A stretch of 64,000 nucleotides of DNA, taken from positions 16,890 through 80,889 of IMG/VR virus record IMGVR_UViG_3300020042_013351. The stretch is one strand, 5' to 3'. The notes under the pieces are model-generated. The model made no database searches. It saw only the letters and a program-made list of their open reading frames with translations, and was not told the DNA's origin. Every line of letters begins with the position of its first letter. Within the stretch, counting starts at the first letter, position 1. The position numbers were made by a program, and so were the translations under genes. This document shows, one piece after another, positions 63,868-64,000 of the stretch. The DNA comes from a virus. Lineage: Duplodnaviria > Caudoviricetes.

Positions 63868-64000
63868 ATGACAAATACATTAGAACAAGTAAAAGACAAA
63901 GTAAAGCAACATACAATCGTACCTTTTAATACTCAGCATATTACATGCGATCATAATCGACTTATTATCGCTGATAAGTATTCAACGACTAATACTAGGC
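63868..64000 (+). CDS. hypothetical protein, 3'-truncated
   Basis: MTNTLEQVKDKVKQH... open to the window end; promoter motif upstream. Confidence 0.4.
   Translation, partial: MTNTLEQVKDKVKQHTIVPFNTQHITCDHNRLIIADKYSTTNTR

Noticed and set aside
1-64000. CRISPR array
   Set aside because: No series of equal-length repeats with unique spacers; the ATTTCAAA repeats separate tRNAs, and other repeats occur only twice.
1-64000. Alternative genetic code (stop-codon reassignment) as in some large phages
   Set aside because: Core genes are full length under the standard code, and no suppressor tRNA (CTA, TTA or TCA anticodon) was found.
1-64000. Eukaryotic giant virus (NCLDV) or cellular origin
   Set aside because: gp55, gp32, gp45, gp46/47, UvsW/X/Y and TATAAATA late promoters are T4-like phage hallmarks; no rRNA or cellular housekeeping operons.

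Overview
A 64-kb segment of a large, probably uncultured T4-like (myovirus-type) dsDNA phage genome. The left part (2.6-26 kb, mostly minus strand) is a T4-like replication/recombination core: primase gp61, RNase H/5'-3' exonuclease, sliding clamp gp45, SSB gp32, probable gp59, helicase gp41, UvsX, DNA polymerase gp43, gp46/47, late sigma factor gp55, UvsW and UvsY. A complete preQ0 (7-deazaguanine) pathway (folE, queD, queE, queC) is scattered across 14.5-35.5 kb, with a class-II glutamine amidotransferase near queC. No dpdA or tgt is visible in the window. An AT-rich island of about 11.5 kb (37.9-49.3 kb) encodes glycosyltransferases and nucleotide-sugar enzymes, and there is a second glycosyltransferase pair at 62.4-63.8 kb. 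A tRNA array (55.6-61.5 kb) holds 27 tRNAs covering all 20 amino acids. It is interrupted by two free-standing endonuclease genes and several structured RNAs that are not tRNAs. The strongest unexplained patterns are four. (i) Promoter -10 boxes (late TAAATA, or TATAAT-like) sit exactly 5 nt before many start codons, with no Shine-Dalgarno, which suggests widespread leaderless mRNA. (ii) Late-expressed proteins, including a cytidylyltransferase-like and a ligase-like enzyme, begin with peptides resembling the T4 capsid-targeting sequence. (iii) The Que pathway has no visible base-exchange enzyme. (iv) tRNA-like and larger structured ncRNAs are embedded in the tRNA array. Family names come from motif recognition by eye and from memory; no database searches were run.
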